From assembly GCA_905478465.1 (NCBI GenBank), contig CAJQIN010000002.1, positions 24,312-88,311 of the forward strand: a stretch of DNA of 64,000 bases. The letters run 5' to 3'. Made by a program: the position numbers and the translations under genes. Numbering within the stretch: position 1 is the stretch's first letter; every line of letters begins with the position of its first letter. Of the stretch, positions 27,094-36,961 are shown in pieces. The notes below the pieces were generated by a model that had not been told where the DNA came from, searched no databases, and saw only the letters and a program-made list of their open reading frames with translations. The stretch is from Minisyncoccota bacterium. GTDB taxonomy: Bacteria > Patescibacteriota > Minisyncoccia > Phycocordibacterales > CAJQIN01.

Positions 27094-27256
27094 AATAAAT
27101 GTATGTATTTACCCCTTAGGGCAAATAAAAACCGCATCAAATGCGTACCAGCTATACTACACAAAGAGGTATGTGATGTCAACAACAGGCTTACTAAAAA
27201 GCTTATTTGTCTAAAAATTTACAACAAATAAACATTGACTCCTGTACAAAAACGTC

Positions 27257-27329
27257 CTCTACACACCTTATCCCCAAAAATACCCCACTTATACACCAAT
27301 ATTCCACATATTATCCCCCAAAACACACA
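27257..27329 (+). repeat. Phased array of degenerate DnaA-box-like 9-mers
   Basis: CTCTACACA, TTATCCCCA, AATACCCCA, TTATACACC, TATTCCACA, TTATCCCCC, AAACACACA at 10-11 bp spacing. Confidence 0.45.
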
Positions 27330-27571
27330 TTGACTTTTAAAAGAAATAAAATAGACAATATATACAGGTATCCTTCTCTCAAAGATGTTCTACATAATAA
27401 TTTATAATAAAGGGCTTTAACGTATACATATTCCGCTGAATATGTATCCAGAGCACCGCAATAATATAATAAGAACTTTTCTTCGGTAGGGATACCTTCC
27501 CACCAAAAAACCACATCTTCAACAGTTTTATGAGGGCTGTCACCAGAAGAAGTGGTTTTTGGTTTTCATAC

Positions 27572-27604
27572 AAAAAAATCCACTAGCTACACTAGTGGAT
27601 TTTT
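27572..27604. terminator. Terminator after rplE
   Basis: AAAAATCCACTAG/CTAGTGGATTTTT. Confidence 0.75.
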
Positions 27605-27622
27605 AATTAGAATGTATTAAAA

Positions 27623-28156
27623 CTATTTTTTAAACGGCATTCCAAGATGAGAAAGTAATTCAAATGAATCTTCTTTGGTCTTTGCTGTTGTAACAAAGGT
27701 AATAGACATACCAAAAATATCTCGAATGTCTTCATCTGCAGTTTCAGGAAAAATAGTATGCTCTTTAATTCCCATAGTATAGTTACCCATAGCATCAATT
27801 CCATCTGGAGAAACTCCTCGGAAGTCCTTGGTTCGGGGAAGAGCAATATGTATAAGCTTATCCATAAAATCAACCATTCGTTGTCCTCGTAGAGTTACTT
27901 GGTATCCAACAATATCCCCTTCTCGAAGCTTAAAGGCAGCCACAGATTTCTTTGCAGGATTCTTTACAGGACGTTGTCCAGTAATTTTCATGATTCGATC
28001 TTCGATAAGCTTAATCTTATTCTTATCTTTTACTGACCCTATACCTGTAGATACCACAATTCGTGTCACCTTAGGTGTTTGCATGATATTTGAAAGAGAA
28101 AGTTTTTCTTTCAAGGTATTAAATGTTTGTGCGATTTTTTCTGTTGTAAGTTCCAT
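27623..28156 (-). CDS. rplE: Ribosomal protein L5
   Basis: ITGQRP, FKLREG, VTLRG, LPRTKDFRG. Confidence 0.97.
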   Translation of the reverse strand: MELTTEKIAQTFNTLKEKLSLSNIMQTPKVTRIVVSTGIGSVKDKNKIKLIEDRIMKITGQRPVKNPAKKSVAAFKLREGDIVGYQVTLRGQRMVDFMDKLIHIALPRTKDFRGVSPDGIDAMGNYTMGIKEHTIFPETADEDIRDIFGMSITFVTTAKTKEDSFELLSHLGMPFKK

Positions 28157-28166
28157 AATAAATATG

Positions 28167-28406
28167 CTATTTTTTTGCTGTTTTTTCCTTTACCACAAGC
28201 TTCACATTCGAAACATGTATTGGCATTGCCATCTCAACAATCTCCCCTTTCTTGCCTTGTTGTCGTGCACGCTTGTGAACCTTCCGTATGTTCACACCCT
28301 CCACAACCACTCGGTCTTTCGCAGGAATTGCCTGAGAAACTTTTCCAGCCTTCCCCTTATCTTTTCCCGCAATAACTATTACATTGTCTCCTGTCTTGAT
28401 TTTCAT
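28167..28406 (-). CDS. rplX: Ribosomal protein L24 (short)
   Basis: [26 protein letters not shown]. Confidence 0.95.
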   Translation of the reverse strand: MKIKTGDNVIVIAGKDKGKAGKVSQAIPAKDRVVVEGVNIRKVHKRARQQGKKGEIVEMAMPIHVSNVKLVVKEKTAKK

Positions 28407-28413
28407 AATATAT

Positions 28414-28785
28414 TTAGATAACTTCTGGTGCTCGAGAAATAATTGTTTGGTATCCAAGATCTGACAATTCTCGTGGTACGGGACCAAAGATACGTCCAGC
28501 AATAGGCTCTTTTCCTTTCTTTTCAACAAGCACTACTGAATTTTCATCAAATCGTACGTATGATCCATCTTTTCGTCGGAAAGCCTTCTTCTGTCGAACA
28601 ACAACAGCATGGTGAATGTCTTTCTTCTTTACAGCCTTTCGTGGTTCTGCTTTTTGTACAGAAACAACCACAAGCTCACCGATACTTGCATATCGCTTTT
28701 TTGAAGCACCTAGCACCTTAAACACGCGAGCAATCTTTGCTCCAGAATTATCAGTAACTTTAACTATTGATTGTGGTTGGATCAT
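28414..28785 (-). CDS. rplN: Ribosomal protein L14
   Basis: [22 protein letters not shown]. Confidence 0.97.
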   Translation of the reverse strand: MIQPQSIVKVTDNSGAKIARVFKVLGASKKRYASIGELVVVSVQKAEPRKAVKKKDIHHAVVVRQKKAFRRKDGSYVRFDENSVVLVEKKGKEPIAGRIFGPVPRELSDLGYQTIISRAPEVI

Positions 28786-28790
28786 AAATA

Positions 28791-29075
28791 TTATTTAACC
28801 TGCTCCTGAACTACCTGAAAATGCTTATTCTTTGAAATTGGCTTTGTTTGCTCAATTTCAACTTTATCTCCGATTTTCTTTGTATTACCAGCATCATGAA
28901 CCTGATACTTCTTTCGTGAATTAATATACTTACCGTATTTAGGATGCTTTGTGTATCGAGAAACCTCAACAACAATAGTATCTTGCATCTTATCAGAAGT
29001 AACCACCCCTTGAAGTGTCTTTTGTTTCTTTACAGTAGATACTGCCTCTTTTGTTGTTTGTTTCTCAGTTGTCAT
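28791..29075 (-). CDS. rpsQ: Ribosomal protein S17
   Basis: GVVTSDKMQDT, HPKYGK, PISKNK. Confidence 0.97.
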   Translation of the reverse strand: MTTEKQTTKEAVSTVKKQKTLQGVVTSDKMQDTIVVEVSRYTKHPKYGKYINSRKKYQVHDAGNTKKIGDKVEIEQTKPISKNKHFQVVQEQVK

Positions 29076-29077
29076 GA

Positions 29078-29263
29078 TTATGTATTTTTTCGTGAATTAA
29101 GTTCAGTCAATATTCTAGCAACATCTCGTCGAAGAACCTTTGCCTGCTTCATGTCCTTTAGTTTACTCCCAGCAATATTGAACCGAAACTCTCTTAAAGC
29201 TACTCGCTTTTCAAGAAGTTCTGTATGTAGTTCTTTTTCGCTTTTTTTTACTAAGGTAGACAT
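29078..29263 (-). CDS. rpmC: Ribosomal protein L29
   Basis: RRDVARILT; operon position. Confidence 0.93.
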   Translation of the reverse strand: MSTLVKKSEKELHTELLEKRVALREFRFNIAGSKLKDMKQAKVLRRDVARILTELNSRKNT

Positions 29264-29373
29264 ATAAATTTTTGGGTGAAATGAGCTCTATATCATTTCT
29301 GCTTACTTACGCTATATTACTTATTTTTATTATAATTTCAACTCTATTTTCACTTTGATTCAAAAAACAAAAA

Positions 29374-29799
29374 CTATACTCTAGCAACAAACTTTGTTTT
29401 TACTGGCAACTTTGTACCAGCTTTCCGCATTGCTTCTCTGGCATCAACTTCATTTAGTCCGTCAATTTCAAACATTACTCGTCCTGGCTTCACTGGAACA
29501 ACATACCCAACCAAATCTCCTTTTCCTTTACCAAGCTTTACCTGTGCAGGCTTCTTGGTATAAGGCATATCAGGAAAGATTCGAATCCAAACTTTACCTG
29601 TTTTTCCTGAAGCTCTAGAAAGAATCTTTCTTGTAGCTTCAAGTTGGTTTGAAGTGATACGTCCAGGCTGCATTGCCTTAAGACCAAATGAACCAAAGGA
29701 AACCTTTGTTCCACGACTAGCAACACCAATTTTATCTGGATGTTCTCTGAAAGTTTGCCACTTTCGATGTTTTACTTTTTTAGGAAAAAATTGACTCAT
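29374..29799 (-). CDS. rplP: Ribosomal protein L16
   Basis: VWIRIFPD, GKGKG, KLPVK. Confidence 0.97.
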   Translation of the reverse strand: MSQFFPKKVKHRKWQTFREHPDKIGVASRGTKVSFGSFGLKAMQPGRITSNQLEATRKILSRASGKTGKVWIRIFPDMPYTKKPAQVKLGKGKGDLVGYVVPVKPGRVMFEIDGLNEVDAREAMRKAGTKLPVKTKFVARV

Positions 29800-29801
29800 G
29801 A

Positions 29802-30467
29802 TTATTTCTTATTATCCTCAAAAACTTCTCCTTTATAAATCCAAACCTTTATACCCAGTGAGTCATACGGAAGAAATGCTTCTGTATGAGAATAATCAAT
29901 ATCAGCTCGGAATGTCTGAAGTGGCACTTGTCCCTTTCGTAGTTTTTCTCTTCGAGCCATTTCCGCTCCTCCAAGTCGTCCCGAAAGTTCGATCTTCACT
30001 CCTTTTACATCTCTATTTGCAAGAGTTTTTTCAACAGTCTGCTTCATAACTCGTCTAAATGGCATTCTTCTTTCAAGAGATTCAGCAATCATTTGTCCAA
30101 CGATGGTAGCATTTGATTCAGGAGATTTTACATCCTCAATATCAATTCTTACATCTTCATGTTTAAACAAATCATGTTTTGCGATAAGAGCATGAACATC
30201 ATCTCGAAGCTTAGTACTTCCTTCTCCATTACGTCCAATAACCATTCCTGGTCGAGATGTTTTGATAATAATTCGAAGAACTTTTTCACTTCGCTCCATT
30301 TCAATATCAGCAACAAAGTTACCTTTGAGTCTTTTTGCAAGAAATGTTCGCAACATCAAGTCTCCTTTTAGATAAGCTTGATATTGTCCTTTTTCAGCAA
30401 ACCAACGCGACTTCCAGTCTCGAATGATCCCCAATCTATGTGCATATGGATGTACTACGTGTGTCAT
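29802..30467 (-). CDS. rpsC: Ribosomal protein S3
   Basis: RPGMVIGR, SGRLGGAEMAR, PLQTFRADIDY. Confidence 0.97.
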   Translation of the reverse strand: MTHVVHPYAHRLGIIRDWKSRWFAEKGQYQAYLKGDLMLRTFLAKRLKGNFVADIEMERSEKVLRIIIKTSRPGMVIGRNGEGSTKLRDDVHALIAKHDLFKHEDVRIDIEDVKSPESNATIVGQMIAESLERRMPFRRVMKQTVEKTLANRDVKGVKIELSGRLGGAEMARREKLRKGQVPLQTFRADIDYSHTEAFLPYDSLGIKVWIYKGEVFEDNKK

Positions 30468-30472
30468 GGTAA

Positions 30473-30853
30473 TTAATTTTTAGCCGTTAGTTCAAGAGTA
30501 ATATGACTTGTTCGCTTTCGGATAGGCGCAGCATTTCCTCGTGCTCGTGCTCGTCGTCTGTATAAAATAGCACCTTCATCAACAGAAGCTTTACTGATCA
30601 TAAGACCCTCTTTTTCCATTCCTTTGTCTTTTGCATTAGCAATAGCCGATTCCAAAAGCTTTTGTATTGGAAGTGCTGCTCGTTTATCTGCAAACTGTAA
30701 AACAGTCAAAGCATTATCAATATTTTTTCCTCGAATAGCATCAACAACCAAACGAACCTTTCGTGGAGATTGTCTATATGATTTCAAGATAGCTTTTGCA
30801 GTATCTTTCTCAACAAGAGTTTCTGTATTTTTTTGTGTTTTTGCTGTTGCCAT
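30473..30853 (-). CDS. rplV: Ribosomal protein L22
   Basis: SPRKVRLV, SAIANA, KRTSHI. Confidence 0.97.
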   Translation of the reverse strand: MATAKTQKNTETLVEKDTAKAILKSYRQSPRKVRLVVDAIRGKNIDNALTVLQFADKRAALPIQKLLESAIANAKDKGMEKEGLMISKASVDEGAILYRRRARARGNAAPIRKRTSHITLELTAKN

Positions 30854-30876
30854 TATAGTGTCAGAAATATCCTAAA

Positions 30877-31218
30877 TTATTTCTTTGAGTCAGTAGATGC
30901 CTTAGCTGCTTTTGCTGCTGCAATTTCTGATTCTTTTGCCTTAGTCTCAAGCTCCTTCTGCATTTTTCCTCCATGTCGATAGAATTTTCGAGTATGAGAG
31001 AATTCTCCGAGCCGATGCCCTACCATGTCTTCTGTTACAAAAACAGGAAGATGCTCTCTTCCATTGTGTACACCAAATGTAAAACCAATCATCTCTGGTG
31101 CAATTTGACTACCTCGTGCCCATGTTTTTATAACCCCAGTTTCAGTTGGAGTTTTTCCAGCAATCTTCTGTAGAAGACGCTCATATACGTATGGTCCTTT
31201 TTTTAGTGATCGTGTCAT
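30877..31218 (-). CDS. rpsS: Ribosomal protein S19
   Basis: [24 protein letters not shown]; own promoter upstream. Confidence 0.97.
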   Translation of the reverse strand: MTRSLKKGPYVYERLLQKIAGKTPTETGVIKTWARGSQIAPEMIGFTFGVHNGREHLPVFVTEDMVGHRLGEFSHTRKFYRHGGKMQKELETKAKESEIAAAKAAKASTDSKK

Positions 31219-31443
31219 AAAATGTAACAAAAAACAGCGGAAAAGCTGTGTAGGCACTATCTTATACGAAGCACAAGGAGATGTCAACATCATAATATGT
31301 ACTCAGTTTTTTATATTCGATATGTGGCAAATATAAACTACAAAATATATTGACAACACCAGTTATAAGTAGTATGATAGCAAACAGAAGTCAGTCGCAA
31401 AGTGCGAAAGACTAAACAAAAGGTTCTTTTAAAGGAGAATGCT

Positions 31444-32412
31444 ATGCAAAATCTGCAAGCAACACAAGAATATCCTCACTATCGAATCGAGAGGATTATC
31501 ACTCACCGGTGGCCACATCTCGATGAGATACTGGCTATTATTCTACTCATGCAAGAAGGGAAACGTAAATTCCCAGGAATATCTAAAGCCAGAATTGAAT
31601 ATAGTAGGGCTGGTGAACAGCCCGAAGGGAAAAGTTCCGAAAAACACCTCGAAGAAGGTACTCTTCTCATTGGCCTTGGAGGTGGAATATTTGACGAACA
31701 CCCGACTATAGAAGGTGGCGTTCGGAAAAAGGGCGAATCTGCGTGCTCGTTGGTTGCCAAATCTTTAGGCATCGACAAACACCCTCTTTACAAAGACCTT
31801 GTAAAAAAGGTGACTCAGGCAGACCTATCTGGCGTTGACATGCTTCACATTGCCAATGAATTAAAAAGGCGATATCGTCTAAATCCGCACAACCAAGAAG
31901 CAGGTATCCACTTCGGACAAGACTGTATCTACAATCTTTTGGAACAACAAAGGCTGTTCTTAGAGGCAATAAAAATTTGCCAGCACCCTGACAGACAAGC
32001 ATTGGCTGTAAATTTTCCATGCCTTAAGGTTATTTTTGTAAAATCAGACAACTTTATGGTTCCAGCAGCAGCCAGATACCTGAAAATTGACGTTGTCATT
32101 CAACGCAATGAATCTGGAAATGTTCAAATTTTCACCACTTCTCCGATCGACATCAAAATGGATACTGTGGCATGTGCCTTACGCTGTGCAGAAATTGATA
32201 TTGTTATTGAAGAACTCTCAGAAAAAGAGTTAAGTCACTTCAGCGAGGATGGCAAAATACCCGAATCCCCTCTATGGTATCTACAAGTTCCTGGTGACAA
32301 CATCCTGAATGGAAGTGAAACAACACCGGACACTCCGGCCACGGGACTCAAATACCACCAGATTTTCGGCCTGGTCAGAGAGTATGTCCGTAAAAATGGA
32401 AAAGTTGAATAA
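31444..32412 (+). CDS. Putative MYG1/DHH-like metal-dependent phosphoesterase
   Basis: ITHRWPHLDE, GGGIFDEH, SACSLVA, ILNGS; consensus promoter and AAGGAG before ATG 31444. Confidence 0.6.
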   Translation: MQNLQATQEYPHYRIERIITHRWPHLDEILAIILLMQEGKRKFPGISKARIEYSRAGEQPEGKSSEKHLEEGTLLIGLGGGIFDEHPTIEGGVRKKGESACSLVAKSLGIDKHPLYKDLVKKVTQADLSGVDMLHIANELKRRYRLNPHNQEAGIHFGQDCIYNLLEQQRLFLEAIKICQHPDRQALAVNFPCLKVIFVKSDNFMVPAAARYLKIDVVIQRNESGNVQIFTTSPIDIKMDTVACALRCAEIDIVIEELSEKELSHFSEDGKIPESPLWYLQVPGDNILNGSETTPDTPATGLKYHQIFGLVREYVRKNGKVE

Positions 32413-32524
32413 GAATCTAATTTTATTCAAGTCAACATTCCATTCAGAACCCCAAATAAACGGGGTTCTTTTTTTATATAAAAAACTATTAAAAAACAGT
32501 ACGTATTTCGTACTGTTTTTTAAT

Positions 32525-33367
32525 CTATCGCTTCTTCCCAACCTTTCGACGAGAAACAATAAGTCGATTTGAGTATTTCTTTGGTGTTCGTGTCTTCTCT
32601 CCCTTTCCAACAGATTTTCCCCATGGTGACTTCACTCGCTTTCGTTTTCCTCTTCCCTTTGCCTCTCCACCTCCTTGTGGATGGTCAACAGAGTTCATAG
32701 CACGTCCTCTAACAGTTGGTCTGATGCCTCTCCATCGGTTTCTTCCTGCCTTTCCTTGCTTCTCTAGACGCTTTTCTGGGTTTGATACCTCTCCAATAGA
32801 AGCCCATGCTATTTCAGGCACTTTTCGAATCTCAGACGATGGCATTTTTATATCAACATATCCTGCATCTCGTGCAAGAATTTCTACATAGTCTCCTGCA
32901 GAACGTGCAAGTCTTGCTCCAGCTCCTGGTTTTAATTCTACGTTATATATAAATGTTCCAAGTGGAATGTTTTTCAACATTGCCCGGTTTCCTGGCTCAA
33001 TTGGAGCTGTCTCAGAAATGATAAGTTTTGTTCCAGCTGTAACAGCTTGTGGAAGAAGTACATATCGTTTTTCTCCATCTGCATACACAGCAAGACCGAT
33101 AAACCCTGTTCGATACGGATCATACTCAACAGACTTAATTGTCATTGGAATATCTTTCTTTTCAAATTTAAAATCAACCAATCGGTATCGTCTCTTATGT
33201 CCACCTCCTTGGTGACGCGTTGTTACACGACCATATGAGTTTCGTCCAGCTCTCTGGGAAGCTCCTTTTACAAGAGATTTAAGTGGTGTACTTGTTGTCA
33301 AAACACCCCGATATGTAATCGTTGTTTTTCCTCGTGTTCCTGGTGTTACTGGTTTATGTGTTTTCAT
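32525..33367 (-). CDS. rplB: Ribosomal protein L2
   Basis: GGGHKRRYR, EYDP, GKAGR, RPTVRG, DHPQGGGE. Confidence 0.98.
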   Translation of the reverse strand: MKTHKPVTPGTRGKTTITYRGVLTTSTPLKSLVKGASQRAGRNSYGRVTTRHQGGGHKRRYRLVDFKFEKKDIPMTIKSVEYDPYRTGFIGLAVYADGEKRYVLLPQAVTAGTKLIISETAPIEPGNRAMLKNIPLGTFIYNVELKPGAGARLARSAGDYVEILARDAGYVDIKMPSSEIRKVPEIAWASIGEVSNPEKRLEKQGKAGRNRWRGIRPTVRGRAMNSVDHPQGGGEAKGRGKRKRVKSPWGKSVGKGEKTRTPKKYSNRLIVSRRKVGKKR

Positions 33368-33377
33368 ATGTTTCTAT

Positions 33378-33746
33378 TTATACTAATTCGATAGTATCTC
33401 CTTTTTTAAGATAAATATATGCTTTCTTTCCTCCTCCTCGCATGCCCCACTTTCCTCGAGAGAACTTTTTCTTTTTAGGAATCTTTACAGTATTGATTTT
33501 TACAGGAGTTACTTTGTACAAAGACTGTATTGCAAGAGAGATTCTTCGCTTTGTGGCATCTTGTGTCACTTCGAAGGTATAAACACCGCTCTCGGCCTTA
33601 AATGAAGCTTTCTCAGTCACTCGTGGACGAAGAAGAACTGCTGCAATATCAATTGGTCCTCGAACTTTTCCTTTTACTACCGAAGCAACAACTTTTTTGT
33701 CTTCAACTTGTTCTGTATTTTTTTGTGTTTTTGCAAAAAGTGCCAT
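33378..33746 (-). CDS. rplW: Ribosomal protein L23
   Basis: PRVTEKA, KKAYIYL. Confidence 0.95.
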   Translation of the reverse strand: MALFAKTQKNTEQVEDKKVVASVVKGKVRGPIDIAAVLLRPRVTEKASFKAESGVYTFEVTQDATKRRISLAIQSLYKVTPVKINTVKIPKKKKFSRGKWGMRGGGKKAYIYLKKGDTIELV

Positions 33747-33748
33747 AT

Positions 33749-34423
33749 TTATTTCTTTGAAACGGTTAATCTACTCTCCAAATTTTCAATTGTTGCTTTT
33801 GGATCTACAAAAACAATATATGCATATGAAAGAACGTCAACAGTATTGAGGTTTCTAACCTCGTCTATTTCAACATTACCCATATTATTAAAACTTTTCT
33901 TGATTTCAAGATTATTTTCTGGTATCAAAAATAATGCTGTATTTGTTTTTTTAGTAGTAAATTTCTCATACCCTTTTATAGTAGCAAGAGCATCTACAAT
34001 ACTTTTTGCCTGAGAGGTCTTTGGTGCATCAAATGAAAGAGTATCTACAAAAAGAACTTCTCCATCTTTTACCTTTCTTGAAAGAGCAGTATAAAGAGAT
34101 TTTGCTTTCATTTTCTTATTCAATTTTTTTGCAAAAATACGCTCATTTGTTGGACCATGTGCAACTCCACCACCAACCCAAATAGGAGAACGACTTGAAC
34201 CATGTCGAGCTCGTCCTGTTCCTTTTTGTCTCCATGGCTTTTTACCACCCCCACTCACATCTCCTCGGTCTTTTGTGTGTGCAATAGGATTTCGTGCATT
34301 TGCTTGCATAGAAACTACAACTTGATGAACAAGATCAGCATTCCAAGGAATACCAAATACTCGCTCTGGGAGAGTTACTGTTGCTGTTTCTTTTCCTTTT
34401 TGATTATAAACTTTTGTTTCCAT
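33749..34423 (-). CDS. rplD: Ribosomal protein L4
   Basis: GGGKKPWRQKGTGRARHGS. Confidence 0.98.
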   Translation of the reverse strand: METKVYNQKGKETATVTLPERVFGIPWNADLVHQVVVSMQANARNPIAHTKDRGDVSGGGKKPWRQKGTGRARHGSSRSPIWVGGGVAHGPTNERIFAKKLNKKMKAKSLYTALSRKVKDGEVLFVDTLSFDAPKTSQAKSIVDALATIKGYEKFTTKKTNTALFLIPENNLEIKKSFNNMGNVEIDEVRNLNTVDVLSYAYIVFVDPKATIENLESRLTVSKK

Positions 34424-34427
34424 GATA

Positions 34428-35033
34428 TTATCCTCGAAGTTCTACAAGTGTTCCTCGTCGTCCTGGAACAGCACCCTTAATAAAAAGCATATTGTTTTCT
34501 GCATCAATCTTTACCACCTGCAGATTTGTTGTTGTAACTCGATCAGTTCCCATTCGTCCTGGCATTCTCTGTCCCTTCAACACTCGCTGTATTCCACCAA
34601 TACCAATTGAACCTCCTTCTCGTTCGGAATGCTTTTGTCCATGAGAACGTCGTCCTCCAGCAAAACCATGTCGCTTTACAACACCTTGAAATCCTTTTCC
34701 TTTTGAAATTGCTGATACTCTCACAGTATCTCCTTCTTCAAAAGAAGAAACACTGACAGTATCACCAACCTTTATCTCTCCTACCGGCATTCTAAACTCT
34801 TTAATATATCTGAAATTTCCTAGATCTTTTGTATGACCCTGAACAGCCTTACTAATTCGTTTTACATTCCGTGTACCAAAACCAACCTGAACAGCTTCAT
34901 AGCCATCAGATTCTACTGTCTTCACTTGCGTTACCACAACTGGTCCAGATTGCACAATAGTAACAGGATGCGCATTTCCTTCCGCATCGAATACTTGTGA
35001 CATATTTTGCTTTGTTCCAAGAATAAATTTCAT
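34428..35033 (-). CDS. rplC: Ribosomal protein L3
   Basis: DGYEAVQ, KGKGFQGVVKRHGF. Confidence 0.98.
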   Translation of the reverse strand: MKFILGTKQNMSQVFDAEGNAHPVTIVQSGPVVVTQVKTVESDGYEAVQVGFGTRNVKRISKAVQGHTKDLGNFRYIKEFRMPVGEIKVGDTVSVSSFEEGDTVRVSAISKGKGFQGVVKRHGFAGGRRSHGQKHSEREGGSIGIGGIQRVLKGQRMPGRMGTDRVTTTNLQVVKIDAENNMLFIKGAVPGRRGTLVELRG

Positions 35034-35177
35034 AACCTAATCGTTGAATGTCTATACTACTTATTTTTTTTGACTTGTCTAGAAGAAATTTCTAAAAATG
35101 AAAGTCTTCCTCTATTTTTAATCAACGTATAAGCCCCACTAGCCTTTAAACTAATGGAGCCTAACGTGGATCAAAAA

Positions 35178-35534
35178 CTACATTACCTTCACATCAATCT
35201 TTACTCCAGATGGAAGTGAAAGATTTGTCAGTGATTCGATAATTTTTTGTGAAGGATTTAGGATATCGATCAATCGTCGGTGTACTCTCATTTCAAATTG
35301 TTCTCGCGCGTCCTTGTACACAAACGTTGCTCGGTTAACCGTATATTTTTTGGTATCTGTTGGAAGTGGGATTGGCCCTACTACCTCAGCATCATATCGT
35401 ACAGCAGTATCAATAATCTGCTTTACTGATGCATCAAGAACCTTAGACTCATATGCCTGTATTCGGATACGTAATCGAGGTATAGCATCTGTCTTTGACT
35501 CCTTCTTTTTTGTTGTTTTTGTTCCTGTTGCCAT
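35178..35534 (-). CDS. rpsJ: Ribosomal protein S10
   Basis: [22 protein letters not shown]. Confidence 0.97.
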   Translation of the reverse strand: MATGTKTTKKKESKTDAIPRLRIRIQAYESKVLDASVKQIIDTAVRYDAEVVGPIPLPTDTKKYTVNRATFVYKDAREQFEMRVHRRLIDILNPSQKIIESLTNLSLPSGVKIDVKVM

Positions 35535-35538
35535 AATA

Positions 35539-36735
35539 TTAGGCGTTGACTTTTGTTACCACTCCAGCACCAACAGTCTTACCTCCTTCTCGGATAGCAA
35601 ATCGTGTCTGTGCTTCAAGAGCAACGGGAGCTGATAGTTTTACCTTAAAGGTAACAGTATCTCCTGGCATAACCATTTCTGTTCCTTCGGCAAGAGTTAC
35701 ATCACCAGTTACATCAGTTGTTCGAATGTAGAATTGTGGTTTGTATCCTGAGAAGAATGGTGTATGTCGTCCTCCTTCTTCTTTCTTTAGAATGTACACC
35801 TCAGCTTCAAAGTCTGTATGCGGTGTTACTGTTCCTGGAGCAGCAAGTACCTGTCCTCGGTGAATATCGTCTTTCTTTAGTCCTCGAACAAGAATACCAG
35901 CGTTATCACCAGCCATACCTGAATCAAGAGACTTGTTGAACATTTCAATACCGGTAACTGTTGTCTTTTGTGTATCCTTGATACCTACAATTTCAACTTC
36001 TTCACCAACCTTGATTTGTCCTCGTTCGATTCGTCCTGTTACCACAGTTCCTCGTCCTTCAATTGAGAAAATATCTTCAACTGGCATAAGGAATGATTTT
36101 TCAGTATCTCGCTCTGGAGCAGGAATGAATGTATCTAGGTGATCAACAAGCTCAATAACCTTTTGTCCCCATTCATCACTTGGCTCTCCTTCGAGTGCCT
36201 TAAGAGCAGAACCTCGAACAACAGGAGTATTTTCTCCATCAAACCCTTGTGAGGTAAGTAGTTCTCGTACTTCTTCTTCAACAAGATCGATAAGGTCAAC
36301 ATCTTCAACCATATCGCACTTATTAAGGAAAATAATAACCTTTGGTACTCCCACTTGCTTTGCAAGAAGAATATGCTCACGTGTCTGTGGCATAACACCG
36401 TCAGTCGCAGCAACTACCAAGATAGCACCATCCATTTGAGCCGCACCGGTGATCATGTTCTTGATGTAGTCGGCGTGACCTGGAGCATCAATATGTGCGT
36501 AATGTCGGTTAGGTGTTTCGTACTCTGAGTGAGAAAGTGCAATAGTAATACCACGTGCCTTTTCTTCAGGAGCGTTGTCAATTTGGTTCACATCTTTTAC
36601 TGAAGATCCATATCCATCTCCCTTTTTATTAAGAGTGGTCAAGATAGCTGCAGTCAAAGTTGTCTTTCCATGGTCAACGTGACCAATGGTTCCCACATTT
36701 ACATGTGGCTTTGATCGATCAAATGCATCTGCCAT
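35539..36735 (-). CDS. tuf: Elongation factor Tu
   Basis: [26 protein letters not shown]. Confidence 0.99.
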   Translation of the reverse strand: MADAFDRSKPHVNVGTIGHVDHGKTTLTAAILTTLNKKGDGYGSSVKDVNQIDNAPEEKARGITIALSHSEYETPNRHYAHIDAPGHADYIKNMITGAAQMDGAILVVAATDGVMPQTREHILLAKQVGVPKVIIFLNKCDMVEDVDLIDLVEEEVRELLTSQGFDGENTPVVRGSALKALEGEPSDEWGQKVIELVDHLDTFIPAPERDTEKSFLMPVEDIFSIEGRGTVVTGRIERGQIKVGEEVEIVGIKDTQKTTVTGIEMFNKSLDSGMAGDNAGILVRGLKKDDIHRGQVLAAPGTVTPHTDFEAEVYILKKEEGGRHTPFFSGYKPQFYIRTTDVTGDVTLAEGTEMVMPGDTVTFKVKLSAPVALEAQTRFAIREGGKTVGAGVVTKVNA

Positions 36736-36961
36736 AAATGATTTATGTTAAATAATAATTATAATTCTAAATTACCAAAAGTAAGTGCGCGAAAACCCTC
36801 TCTTACTTTTAGCAACTCTTTTATCTACAGTCGAAACCATAAACAAAATAGCGCAAAAACGCGTACGGATATCTTATCAAACAGAGAGTAATAGTCAATA
36901 GCTAACTGGCTTTAAATAAAAAAAACGAGGTCCAAAAAACACCCCGAAGGGTGTTTTTATA

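Noticed and set aside
27420-27560. SAM-I riboswitch (TATCCAGAG start)
   Set aside because: Lacks the GGCAACC/GGTGC core and has no downstream gene on that strand
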